Assembly: GCA_051003195.1 (NCBI GenBank)
Contig: JBPCLP010000045.1
Location: forward strand, 128,001 to 192,000
Length of the DNA stretch: 64,000 nucleotides
Direction of reading: 5' to 3'
Source: Candidatus Sumerlaeaceae bacterium
Lineage (GTDB): Bacteria > Sumerlaeota > Sumerlaeia > Sumerlaeales > Sumerlaeaceae
The notes under the pieces were generated by a model, which was not told where the DNA came from, searched no databases, and saw only the letters and a list, made by a program, of their open reading frames with translations. The first letter of the stretch is position 1. The number at the start of each line of letters is the position of its first letter. Both the position numbers and the translations under genes were made by a program. Positions 39,330-49,297 of the stretch are shown here, piece after piece.

Positions 39330-42300
39330 ATGAAGGATCTGTTGCAAATCATTGCCATTGTGGGTCTTATGGCGGGCGGTGTGTTCAGGTGCAGCGACGC
39401 CGCTGCTGCTGGGAAACCGGCGATTGATCCAAACTTCGTGGTATTTGGCTATATTCAGTCCGAAACCATTCTGCCGCACGTGCGCTGGAATGCGCTCACA
39501 CATGTGTCGGGCACGTTCACTGGGTTCAATTCCACGGGAACGCTGACGTCCAATATCAGCGGCCGCCACGCGATACTGAAGGCTGGTGGTGCTGCACAGG
39601 CGGCAGGCGTAAAATACATCATGGTTGTGCAGAGTTTCGACGACAGCTCGGGCGGTGTGATCGAGGATGTAATGACCGACTACACGGCAAATGGGCCTAA
39701 GCAGACCTTGATTAACGGCATCGTCAGCCAGGTCACCGCCGATGGATATTGTGGCGGTGTGAACTTCGACCTGGAGTTTTCCTGGGGAAGCGCCGTGCGC
39801 GACGGCATCGCCGATATGCTAACGAAGCTACGTGCCGCTCTACCTTCGCAGTATCAATTGAGCGTCTACACCAATGCAATCTACAGCAGCGCGCAATGGA
39901 ATGCGCCGAATCTTGCAACAAACTGCGACTTCGTGATGATGAGCGGCTACGACTGGGCAACTGGAAACACCGCGCACGCCATTACGGATCATAACAACAA
40001 TACGCCCCAGATAAACAACTGGATCAACGCAGGAATTCCAGCGGAAAAATTCGTTTACACCATCTCTGCCTATGGACGACGTTGGGATGGAATCAGCGCA
40101 TATAATGCGGTGGGCAGCAACGCCTCCTCCCGCGGATTTACCGACGGGTTATACGACACAACGCTACGCGCTGCGAACGCCGGTCCCTACACCAACAACT
40201 ATGTAACCGGCGATGAGGGTGCTTGGTATACGTATAATAACGGTACACAACGCACCGTAACGTGGGACAATCTCGATAGTCTGGAATACAAGATACGCGC
40301 CATGCGCAGCCTGGGAACCGGAACTAATGCGGGCAAGCGGCTCGGCGGCGTGGCGTTCTGGTCGCTGATGTGGATGTCGGATATGAACCGTGAGGCCGGC
40401 GGACTGAGCTTCCAATCGCGCGATCCCATCACAGGCGTGACCGGCAGTTCAGATACGGCTACCTATGCCTATACCAGGACCTACCCTCACGTCTATCAGC
40501 TGACGCAGGAAATCCTTTCGCCGCCTGGCACTGCGAGGCAGGTGTTCAACAAGTTTGAAGGATTAGACTACCGCTGGGATGCATTCAGCGGCACCGGCAG
40601 CACTCCATCACCAGATAATCTGAATTTCAGCACGGCATCCACCCGCCAGATCATTGCAACGCCCTCCGGTACCGGCGCGCCACCGGACAGCACGAACTGT
40701 ATGCGACTTGTGTTTACCTTCACCGCTGCACCAGGTAAGTGCTTCTTCCGGCACGAACTGCTGAACTCGGAAATCGACAACAGCGTCACCGACATCCACG
40801 CGGCCAACGCGAAGTTTACGGCAAACAACGCAGTCAGCGCCTACGTACGGTCGGCGATAGCATACACGGGCGTAACAGTTCGGCTCGTCGTGTTTGACGC
40901 CAACCGGCAACTGGAAGCGTCACCCGCCTTCCCGCTGAACACCAGCGGCTGGCAACAGTTCACCTGGGACATGACAGATACGGCGCTGGGGAATATCAAC
41001 GGTCTTGTGACACTGGAACCGGCGTTCACGTCGGGCAATGGGGTCATCAATACAGCAGGTGCAGGAGCCAATGATATTGGTTTTGTTGGCTTCCTGGTTG
41101 AGACCACTGCCGGCGGAGCGCTCACGGGTACTCTGCACTTCGATGAGCTCGCGCATGAGACGCGAACACCCGGCGGCGCCGCTTATACCATCAATGAATT
41201 CCGCTACATGACAGCAGCAGAGGAGTTCGTGGAGATCACCGGTCCCGCTGGCGCTTTTCCCGCAAACCTGCAGCTGCGCATCTATGACGCAGCCACTAGC
41301 ATTGTTACCACGACCGTTAACCTCGGCGGACAGACAATGCCCGCAAGCGGACGCTTCGTCGTTGGCGACACTTCCGTCGCGAATGTGAACTATATCCCCG
41401 GCGGCTGGGGCTCCAGTAACAACATTCCCAACAATCTCGCGGGCGGCATCCAGATCCTCGATTCGGTATCGGGCGCTGTTTACGATTCTGTTACTTACAG
41501 GGCTATGGCCGGTCTGGGCGAACTCGTCCGCCGCCAGACGCTCGGCATCACCAGCGAGGGCTACGGCTGGCTCGGCGACACGGGCAGCGCCACAACGAAC
41601 CATACCTTCGGCCGATACCCGGACGGCGCGGACACAAACATTAACGAGGATGACTTCACGCTGATGCCAGCGACTCCCGGCGCTGCCAATGGCGGCGCCA
41701 TCAACGCGGCCACGGGCGCGACATTTGACTTCACCACTGCTCCCCCGGCCTCGGTCGCCTTTCAGACCTATCAGTCGTTCAGCGCACAGGCGCCAGCTGT
41801 AGGGATGAACACAGTCGGGACGAGCGGCAACGTGTTGCGTGTGATTGATACTAGCGGTGGTGGGACGCAGGCCTATTTCGGAGACGCGGCACTCGGCGGC
41901 GCGGCAGGCTACAACGTCACCGGACTGCTGTACATTCCACCCACCACAGATCCTGCGCAGTCGATTGGAATTGGCATCTCTGGTCGCCAGGGCAGCACAT
42001 TCTTCTCCTCATCCAACAGCGCGACCACTGGATATGAGTCAGGCTACTGGCTCGTTTACGAAAATGGATCGACAGGATTGAACGACGGACAGCCGAATCA
42101 CGCGGGCGCTTTCCAATTCCTGCTGGCAAAAAACGACAATATGCTCTCCACGCGGACGCTCGCGCTGGGCGCCAATCAGACGCTCGCCAATGTGGGTATC
42201 ACGTTGCCTCCAATCGGTATCTGGGTCCCGTTCCGTCTATCCATCAATCCCTCCGCACCGGACGTAAACGGACGTCTGCTCGCTCAAATCAACGGTGTGG

Positions 42301-42476
42301 ACGTTTATCGCGGCGCCATCCCAACCGGCGGGCCCACTTCGGGCGCGTTTCAGGTTGGCTTCCGCGATCCCGCTGGCACCGCCATCACCAATGCACGCAT
42401 GGGAACCTGGCTTGAGGACCTCACGATCAATAACTCAGCCGTCCCCGTCACGCTGACGGACATCTCCGCAGAATAA
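39330..42476 (+). CDS. Secreted GH18 (chitinase-like) protein with a lamin-tail-like domain and additional beta-sandwich domains
   Basis: Signal peptide; GGVNFDLEF, MMSGYD, AYGRRW and GVAFW GH18 motifs; TINEFRY...EEFVEI and TPGAAN LTD-like motifs. Confidence 0.75.
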   Translation: MKDLLQIIAIVGLMAGGVFRCSDAAAAGKPAIDPNFVVFGYIQSETILPHVRWNALTHVSGTFTGFNSTGTLTSNISGRHAILKAGGAAQAAGVKYIMVVQSFDDSSGGVIEDVMTDYTANGPKQTLINGIVSQVTADGYCGGVNFDLEFSWGSAVRDGIADMLTKLRAALPSQYQLSVYTNAIYSSAQWNAPNLATNCDFVMMSGYDWATGNTAHAITDHNNNTPQINNWINAGIPAEKFVYTISAYGRRWDGISAYNAVGSNASSRGFTDGLYDTTLRAANAGPYTNNYVTGDEGAWYTYNNGTQRTVTWDNLDSLEYKIRAMRSLGTGTNAGKRLGGVAFWSLMWMSDMNREAGGLSFQSRDPITGVTGSSDTATYAYTRTYPHVYQLTQEILSPPGTARQVFNKFEGLDYRWDAFSGTGSTPSPDNLNFSTASTRQIIATPSGTGAPPDSTNCMRLVFTFTAAPGKCFFRHELLNSEIDNSVTDIHAANAKFTANNAVSAYVRSAIAYTGVTVRLVVFDANRQLEASPAFPLNTSGWQQFTWDMTDTALGNINGLVTLEPAFTSGNGVINTAGAGANDIGFVGFLVETTAGGALTGTLHFDELAHETRTPGGAAYTINEFRYMTAAEEFVEITGPAGAFPANLQLRIYDAATSIVTTTVNLGGQTMPASGRFVVGDTSVANVNYIPGGWGSSNNIPNNLAGGIQILDSVSGAVYDSVTYRAMAGLGELVRRQTLGITSEGYGWLGDTGSATTNHTFGRYPDGADTNINEDDFTLMPATPGAANGGAINAATGATFDFTTAPPASVAFQTYQSFSAQAPAVGMNTVGTSGNVLRVIDTSGGGTQAYFGDAALGGAAGYNVTGLLYIPPTTDPAQSIGIGISGRQGSTFFSSSNSATTGYESGYWLVYENGSTGLNDGQPNHAGAFQFLLAKNDNMLSTRTLALGANQTLANVGITLPPIGIWVPFRLSINPSAPDVNGRLLAQINGVDVYRGAIPTGGPTSGAFQVGFRDPAGTAITNARMGTWLEDLTINNSAVPVTLTDISAE

Positions 42477-42564
42477 GCTCACGCGCCCGCCAGCCTGGTC
42501 CTTCGCTCCTCGGTTTTCGTACCTCGTACGACGCTATCTGCTCGTCTACTCTCTACTCTCTGTT

Positions 42565-43719
42565 TCAGAGCTTCCCACTGAGCATGATCTTGAGCATCGG
42601 TTCATAAACAGAAGCCATTCGCAGAAATCCCAGGTCGGTCGGATGCACGCCATCCACGGTTCCGTTTTCACGTCCGGATAGCTGGGCCTCTGCGTAAAGA
42701 TAATGCAGCCGCTTTGTACCCTGCTTGCGTGCCTTGTCGAAAATATCGCGAAGCGCCAGGTTCTGCGTGGCGGTTGTAGAGTAGAGCGGATTCTCAACAA
42801 GCAGGATGGGCGTCGTTGGATGTTTCGCCCGCAACGTCTTCACAAAAGCGGGTATCCGTTCGCGCACCTGGTCCACGGTCATGTTAGGCAGCGGCTCCAG
42901 CACGTAAGCTGCGGCCTCTACATCGGCAACGAGCGCCTGCATTTCGGGATCGGACTTACCGGACCCCGAAAAGCCCAGGTTAATGACCGGACGATTCAGC
43001 CAGCGACCAAGAATTGCTGTGTGGCACATCCCCGCACGTGACGCGCAACCACCCTGCGTCATCGATGTGCCATAGAACACGATGGGCTTATCTTTGCGCG
43101 GCGTCAACGGCGCGATAAACGCCTCCGCAGCCACCCCAACCTTTAGTTCGCTTATCTGGTCGTACAGCGGCAAATAGAGCATGTATTCGGTGAGCACGCC
43201 GGGTCGGGTGCGCGTCAAAGTCGCCACCGTGCGCGTCGTTTCTACGGGTTTTCCCGTGCCGCAATAAACCCACTCACTCCCCTGGTGCGCATACAGGTCG
43301 ACACCGCTGCTTCCCGTGCGCGCCATGTGGCTCATCTTGAACCCGCTGGTCCAGATGGCACCAATCGTGGTCGAGTCCGTCGCAAACCGTATGCACAATC
43401 CCGCCGTGTTTTTGCTGAGGAACCACACGGTTGTGGTCACGCTGGATTCTGCGCGTACCGGCAGGCGGCTGTAGGTGGTAGGCGTATCGTTAAAGCCCTT
43501 GCCCTCCAGTGTCAGCAGCGACGCATCGTACCAGGCCAGGGGTGAGTTATCCTCGCCTGTGGCAAGCGCAGAATCCAGGCGCGCGCCGATGGTCGTCTCA
43601 GGTATGGCCGCCACCGTAGTGGATGTCGTCTGACGAGACGCACGCCGCGTCGCGGCTTCAACCGGGTGCAGCACACTAACACACAACATCGTCCATAAAC
43701 CACAATAGATCCATCGCAT
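42565..43719 (-). CDS. Exported SGNH/GDSL hydrolase with an N-terminal GxDLY domain
   Basis: GVDLY, YGTSMTQG, NLGFSG and DGVHP motifs; SD AAGGAG. Confidence 0.88.
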   Translation of the reverse strand: MRWIYCGLWTMLCVSVLHPVEAATRRASRQTTSTTVAAIPETTIGARLDSALATGEDNSPLAWYDASLLTLEGKGFNDTPTTYSRLPVRAESSVTTTVWFLSKNTAGLCIRFATDSTTIGAIWTSGFKMSHMARTGSSGVDLYAHQGSEWVYCGTGKPVETTRTVATLTRTRPGVLTEYMLYLPLYDQISELKVGVAAEAFIAPLTPRKDKPIVFYGTSMTQGGCASRAGMCHTAILGRWLNRPVINLGFSGSGKSDPEMQALVADVEAAAYVLEPLPNMTVDQVRERIPAFVKTLRAKHPTTPILLVENPLYSTTATQNLALRDIFDKARKQGTKRLHYLYAEAQLSGRENGTVDGVHPTDLGFLRMASVYEPMLKIMLSGKL

Positions 43720-43931
43720 GTAAGGTCTCTCCTTAATTGAAGCTCCAATAAATTGGTGCCCCGTTTGCACAATGCGAGGCAAAACTCCGTCGCTGTACGG
43801 CCGCGATTAATCCGCACGAACCACCATTTTTGCGACTAAACAGTGGCTATCCCAATGTGCTGAATAACCCCAAAACGAGCGGGTAGGAATCGCTTGCGCC
43901 ACAGCGCTCGGCGGCTACGTGCCGCGCCTGG

Positions 43932-44006
43932 TCCTCGGTAGCTCAATGGCAGAGCACGCGGCTGTTAACCGCGGGGTTGTAGGTTCGAGTCCTACCCGGG
44001 GAGCCA
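43932..44006 (+). tRNA. tRNA-Asn (GTT)
   Basis: Acceptor stem TCCTCGG/CCGGGGA; anticodon arm CGCGG-CT-GTT-AA-CCGCG; GGTTCGAGT T-loop; encoded CCA. Confidence 0.97.
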
Positions 44007-44144
44007 CTTTCAGATTCCATGCACAGCACCGTCGGCTGGCGCAACTGTGTAGAACTGCTGCACTCTGGGCACACCGGCGCTATTCCCGGTTGTGAATTCG
44101 ATTTCTTCTGGCAGACCCATGGTTCAGGCACTCCAGGAGGACGT

Positions 44145-44660
44145 ATGGATAACGCGTTACGCACCGTCATAGAAATGAACGAATTTGTCTGGCAGCATCT
44201 CCGGGAAGATCTGAAAGGCTTCTCATCCGACGAGGTGAACTGGAGGCCGCTACCTTATGCAAACAGCATAAACCTGATTGTTCGACACCTGCGGATCGAA
44301 GCGCAGTGGAAACTCGCGAGTCTGCAACTTGGCGAAGCCGAGCCGATAGAGGCCACACCCAGCGTCAAAGCGTTTGTAGATTCAGTCGGGTTCAACTATG
44401 AGACTAATCTGGACAAGCTTGACGAGCTCTGCACCCGCTTCATTGGCGTGTTGCGTGAAATGGACGAGGCCACTCTTCTGAAGCGAAACGAAGAAGCGCA
44501 CGGCAAGCATTCTCCCGCGCCGCACTTTCTGAGCTTTCATCATCCGACACATATGTGCATGCACTGGGGACAAATCCGCACAATCCGCGTGCTATATCGC
44601 AAGTCGCGTGGCGAATCCATTCCTGCTCAGTTCTTTCCGGAGAACCTGTCATTTCCGTGA
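44145..44660 (+). CDS. DinB/YfiT-family protein
   Basis: WRP...ANSINLIVRHL and H...HWGQI motifs; SD AGGAGG before ATG 44145. Confidence 0.8.
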   Translation: MDNALRTVIEMNEFVWQHLREDLKGFSSDEVNWRPLPYANSINLIVRHLRIEAQWKLASLQLGEAEPIEATPSVKAFVDSVGFNYETNLDKLDELCTRFIGVLREMDEATLLKRNEEAHGKHSPAPHFLSFHHPTHMCMHWGQIRTIRVLYRKSRGESIPAQFFPENLSFP

Positions 44661-44725
44661 CAGCCGCGATAGATAGACGGATCGTCGATAAAGGCGGACA
44701 GATCTTGATCTGCTGAAAGCAGGCG

Positions 44726-46027
44726 ATGAGTTTATCGGGCATGACTGCCTTTGAGATTATCGCGCTGTTGTTATCGCTTGCGGCACTATTCAGTTTTACC
44801 AACTATAAACTCCTGCATTTGCCCCCAACAATTGGCCTGATGATTATGGCCCTGCTTACGTCGACGCTTGTAGTTGGTCTGAGCCGGATTTTCCCTGGGG
44901 TAAGTCCCTGGGCAGCTCGAATTCTGTCAGCTATTAATTTTGATCATGTCCTGCTGCACGGCATGCTGGGATTTCTCCTGTTTGCAGGAGCAATCAACGT
45001 GGATCTCGGAGACCTGCGGAAGCATTGGCTTGTTATCAGCGTGCTGGCAACCGTCGGCGTGGTGCTCTCGACGGTGATCGTGGGTTCTCTCGCCTGGCTT
45101 TCCTGTCGATGGCTTGGCCTGGGTCTCAGTTTTGTTCAATGCCTTCTATTCGGAGCTCTCATCTCACCGACCGATCCGATCGCCGTCCTGGCGATACTTA
45201 AGTCTGTTGGCGCTCCGAAGGGTTTCGAGGTGCAGATTGCGGGTGAATCGCTGTTCAATGATGGGATCGGCGTCGTAGTATTTCTTGGCCTGCTGGGTTT
45301 TGCAGGTGTCACGGCTCATGTACCAGGTGATCCGGACATATGGACTGTGTTCTGGCTATTTCTACGAGATGCGATGGGTGGCGTCGTTTTTGGACTGGTG
45401 GCAGGTCTTATGGCGTTTTACCTCCTGAAGCACGTCGATGATTACCAGGTGGAGATACTGATATCGGTTGCGCTGGTTGCAGGTGGTTACGCGTTAGCCG
45501 AACGTTTGCATGTAAGTGCTCCCATTGCCATGGTAGTCAGTGGCTTACTAATCGGCAACCAGGGACGCGAATATGCCATGTCGGCCCGGACGGTGGAAAA
45601 CCTGGATAAGTTCTGGGAGCTGGTGGATGAGATTTTGAATGCTGTCTTATTTGTGCTGATCGGACTTGTGGTTATGGTGCTTACCTTCCATAAGGAACAC
45701 CTGGTTGCCGGGCTTCTGATGATACCAGGTGTGCTGCTTGCTCGCATGGTATCTGTGGCCGCACCGCTTGGCCTGATTCGGCAACGGTGTTATACCATTC
45801 CGCATGGCGTAAAAATGCTGACCTGGGGTGGACTTCGCGGTGGCATCTCGGTTGCCCTGGCACTTTCGTTACGTGATTTATTTGGAGCTGAGATGGCACC
45901 GGCGGCAGAGACGATCCTCATGATGACCTATGTTGTCGTGGTGTTTTCGATTGTGGTCCAGGGGCTCACTGTTGCGCCGCTTACGCGTAAGCTTTTAGCA
46001 AACTCCGATCAGCTCCGGACGCTGTAA
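44726..46027 (+). CDS. CPA1-family Na+/H+ antiporter (NhaP-like)
   Basis: FLLFAGA, ISPTDPIAV, GESLFNDG and WGGLRGGISVALA motifs. Confidence 0.92.
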   Translation: MSLSGMTAFEIIALLLSLAALFSFTNYKLLHLPPTIGLMIMALLTSTLVVGLSRIFPGVSPWAARILSAINFDHVLLHGMLGFLLFAGAINVDLGDLRKHWLVISVLATVGVVLSTVIVGSLAWLSCRWLGLGLSFVQCLLFGALISPTDPIAVLAILKSVGAPKGFEVQIAGESLFNDGIGVVVFLGLLGFAGVTAHVPGDPDIWTVFWLFLRDAMGGVVFGLVAGLMAFYLLKHVDDYQVEILISVALVAGGYALAERLHVSAPIAMVVSGLLIGNQGREYAMSARTVENLDKFWELVDEILNAVLFVLIGLVVMVLTFHKEHLVAGLLMIPGVLLARMVSVAAPLGLIRQRCYTIPHGVKMLTWGGLRGGISVALALSLRDLFGAEMAPAAETILMMTYVVVVFSIVVQGLTVAPLTRKLLANSDQLRTL

Positions 46028-46149
46028 TTTTTATCCACGAATGCACACGAATATGCTGGAATGAAGTGAGAGTCCGGGCGCGCGGGCGCCTGATCCAGAC
46101 CGATGACGAAATGGCCTGGACGAGCGCGATGTGGATGAAGAAGCTCTGA

Positions 46150-46422
46150 TCAGTCCACCGGATCGGACGATTTGCTGCCACCATCTGCGCGATCCACAGC
46201 TTGTAGAGAATCAGGAGTCTTCTCCGCAGTCTTTTGCTGAGACGACTTTCCAAAAATCCACCACAGGCCCAGCGCGCAACAGGCCATACCTGCCATTACC
46301 CCGATCGACGTGGATTGCGTATCATTACTATGAGCAACCCCGCCTAGGGTCAGGCTGCCAAAAAGCAGAACCAATCCGAAAATAAGAAATACTGTACCAA
46401 GAACGACTCCAAGTCCACGCAC
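46150..46422 (-). CDS. Small two-TM hypothetical membrane protein
   Basis: Two hydrophobic segments; purine-rich SD-like sequence before the GTG start. Confidence 0.5.
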   Translation of the reverse strand: MRGLGVVLGTVFLIFGLVLLFGSLTLGGVAHSNDTQSTSIGVMAGMACCALGLWWIFGKSSQQKTAEKTPDSLQAVDRADGGSKSSDPVD

Positions 46423-46830
46423 AATATATCCCCCTCATCGCGAAATGATCCTGCTATACGTCGGATGCACACAGTCACAATCAGACTTCTCTTCGCGAGA
46501 CAATGCAAGTAAGGACCCACCGGGCCGTCCTGCGGGCAACAGGTTGTGTCGCAGCGCGCGCAGTGTCAGATATTTCGTCCGTGTGTCACCGAGCTCCCCC
46601 ACCGAGTTCTTCGGCCGACCCGGGATTTGTTTGACAACTGGTTTTCATCAAAAGCGATTGCTGAGCGTTCGCTGTAACACGCCGGCCTGGCCTGGTTGCT
46701 TTGATTCTGCACGTATCACGCCGATCCATGGCCGGAGAAGTCTGTTTCCCTCAGTAGTCTGTTCCCCTCAGTGCCCGGCGCGGATGGTATGCGCCGGAAA
46801 TATCTCATTCCTTTTTCGGAGGCAGTACCG

Positions 46831-48537
46831 ATGTTCCTCAAGCCGTACTTCTTAGCTTCAGCAGTTCTCGCCGCGCTTTGCAGCATGAGTTTTGGCGACA
46901 CGTCCGCGTTCACGATCGTGGATGACGCCGCGCTCAACTCCGCGGTCGCGCAGACGCGGACCGAGTTCATGGCGCAGCGTACCGAGACGCAGCCAAATTT
47001 CACGCGGCTGGACTGCACGCTGCTCATTCCCAACCCGGACGGCACGTGGCGCCGCGGATCGTTCAACCCCACGGCCATCGCCTATCCCGCCAGCACGGTG
47101 AAGCTGTGCTTTCTTGCATCGGCGATGAACTGGTGCGGTACCAACGGCCAGCCCTATACGGCGCTGGATGCGGATGTTTTCCCGATGATCAAGGACTCCG
47201 ATAATATTGCCACCGGGCGCGTGGTGGATTCAGTGACGGGCGCGCCGAACATTCCCGGAATGCGAAAGACTACCGACCCGGCATGGCAGCCGTGGCTGAA
47301 CGCGCGGCTCTACACCGAGAACTTCCTCACCGCGCGCGGACTGCTGGAGAACGCGAACTACTTTAACAAAACGTATCCCTCCAACTCAGGGCCGGGGCTC
47401 GTCGGGGCCGAGTCGCTTGGATTTAATAACCAGGGTTCGAACCGCATGCAGCCGAAATGCTCGGCTTCGCTGATGCTGGAACTGGCAAAAGGGGCCATCC
47501 AGCCGGGAGCCACTTCTTACGTGCTGGACGTGCTGAAGCATAACCGCTGGGACGGCAACACGATCACGGGCGCAGGTTATCCCGCCGGTACGATCTACTG
47601 CAACAAGGGCGGATGGACCAGCACCAGCAACAATGACGTGGCCTACGTAAGGCTGCCCAATGGTAAAGAATTTATCCTGTCGGTGTTTTCGAACGCTTAC
47701 GACGGCACGCAGCCGTACCCGTACGACCAGTCGATACTCAGCGTGTTTGCCGAAATGCTGATGGAACGGCTGGGACTGGAAGCGGGCGGACCTGCGAAGG
47801 TGAAAGTCGATGATGGCGGGGCCGGCTATTCAACGACCGGCGCATGGACGAGTTCGACCACAGCCAAGGAGAAGTATGGCGCTACGTATGCGTTCGCATC
47901 GGGCGGAACCGGCAATGCGACCGCGACGTTTAACCTGAACGCGCCGACGACAGGCAAATACGAGATTTGCGTGCGTTACCCGCAGGGCACCAACCGCGCC
48001 GCCGACGCGCCGTTTACGGTCAACCATGCGGGTGGGTCGAAAACGATCGCGGTGAACCAGCAGCTCACCGGCGGGCGCTGGGTGCGGCTGGGCGATTTCC
48101 AGCTTAATGCCGGGTCGGGCAGCGTGGTGCTGAGCAATGCGGTATCCAACCAGTCGAGCATCGTGGTCGCAGATGCCGTGCGCGCGCAGTTGTGGCCGGC
48201 CGGCTCACCTGCCAACAAGGTGCTTCACATCGACAATATTACGATGAGCAACGGTTCGGTCGTCTCTGACAGGGCGTATTATTTCGCGAAGGCTCTGGTT
48301 ACCGTGAAGGATGCCGCGGGCGCGCTGGTGCAGGGCGCAAATGTGCGGTGCACGTGGACGGGGATCGCCAGTGATTTCCAAAGCGCCACTACGCGCGCGA
48401 ACGGCGTTGCCGAATTCCAGGGGCCGTACAGTTCCAAGCAGGGCACCTCGACGTTCAACACACAGGAAATCATCATGGACGGCGGCGACTACAACGCGGC
48501 CGCCAACGTGATTACCTCGAAGTCGATCGGGATCTAA
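46831..48537 (+). CDS. Exported penicillin-binding/beta-lactamase-fold serine hydrolase with a golvesin/xanthan-lyase-like CBM and a C-terminal Ig-like domain
   Basis: YPASTVK (SxxK), SDN and NKGG motifs; GKYEICVRY...GGRWVRLG...VVADAVR; SD GGAGG before ATG 46831. Confidence 0.78.
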   Translation: MFLKPYFLASAVLAALCSMSFGDTSAFTIVDDAALNSAVAQTRTEFMAQRTETQPNFTRLDCTLLIPNPDGTWRRGSFNPTAIAYPASTVKLCFLASAMNWCGTNGQPYTALDADVFPMIKDSDNIATGRVVDSVTGAPNIPGMRKTTDPAWQPWLNARLYTENFLTARGLLENANYFNKTYPSNSGPGLVGAESLGFNNQGSNRMQPKCSASLMLELAKGAIQPGATSYVLDVLKHNRWDGNTITGAGYPAGTIYCNKGGWTSTSNNDVAYVRLPNGKEFILSVFSNAYDGTQPYPYDQSILSVFAEMLMERLGLEAGGPAKVKVDDGGAGYSTTGAWTSSTTAKEKYGATYAFASGGTGNATATFNLNAPTTGKYEICVRYPQGTNRAADAPFTVNHAGGSKTIAVNQQLTGGRWVRLGDFQLNAGSGSVVLSNAVSNQSSIVVADAVRAQLWPAGSPANKVLHIDNITMSNGSVVSDRAYYFAKALVTVKDAAGALVQGANVRCTWTGIASDFQSATTRANGVAEFQGPYSSKQGTSTFNTQEIIMDGGDYNAAANVITSKSIGI

Positions 48538-48545
48538 AGCCGCAT

Positions 48546-48597
48546 CTGCCCGGACTGCGTACGCCGACGGAAAACCGAAGCGGCGCAGTCCGGGCAG
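48546..48597 (+). terminator. Strong hairpin after the serine hydrolase gene
   Basis: 14-bp stem ctgcccggactgcg/cgcagtccgggcag; weak U-tract. Confidence 0.55.
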
Positions 48598-48656
48598 TGT
48601 TGTGGGTAATCGAGAATTCAAACACGATGACGGAGTGCGACCTCGCGGTTGGAGGC

Positions 48657-48694
48657 TTTCAAGTTTTCAAGTTTTTCAAGTTTTTTTCAAGTTT
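48657..48694. repeat. Iterated (T)n-CAAG short repeat
   Basis: tttcaag ttttcaag tttttcaag tttttttcaag. Confidence 0.7.
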
Positions 48695-49297
48695 ACGGTG
48701 TAGAAGCTTGAAAGGCTTGCAGATAAATCAAGTTGGCGAAAAATGGGTAATTTCGCCACTTGAAAAACGGTAATCCTCGCGTAAGGATTCGCCGGGGCCG
48801 TGGATTTCCGGCTTCCTTGCGCGATGGGCGGCTTTTTCCGCCAGGCGCAAAGGTGCAAAAAATGCCACGCGCCTTGGGCGCAGAAGTCTGTCTGCCGACT
48901 GTCACGGCGGTCAGGCTGCATAGTTGTCAAAGAACGTGTTCAGCGTTACTACGCTGGCAGGTATACACCAGTTGTGGAGGGGGTGTCACTTCCCTGGCAT
49001 TCCCTTCAGGTGGGCTAAGTCCAGTAAAGTCGAAAGAGATTTTTTGGGCAAACGTGCGCGGGTGCGTGCGGGCAACTGCGGATGAGGGCACCTGCTCGAC
49101 GTGGCATCCTGATGAGACCTTCAGGAGGAGAAAGTTTGATCGTCGTGCGTGCGAAGGGACGGCCGTCCCCGTAACTCCGTAGCCGACCTTGCGGTGAAGG
49201 TTCCATGATGCTAGCAAATTAATTAGTGAAAACGTCGACCGTTTCCGAATTTAGTCCCCTGAATTTCTACCAATCTTATGCGTGCTTGGTTTTGCGC

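Noticed and set aside
46600..46830. Riboswitch upstream of the serine hydrolase
   Set aside because: The leader is long and has a TTGACA at 46631, but I could not recognise any riboswitch consensus by eye.
46831..48537. Class A beta-lactamase resistance gene
   Set aside because: No recognisable E166 omega-loop motif is present, and the extra CBM-like domains point to another function.
49100..49145. Hammerhead ribozyme (CTGATGA...GAAA)
   Set aside because: Stem II lacks the closing G-C pair and I could not build stems I and III. An Infernal search would settle it.
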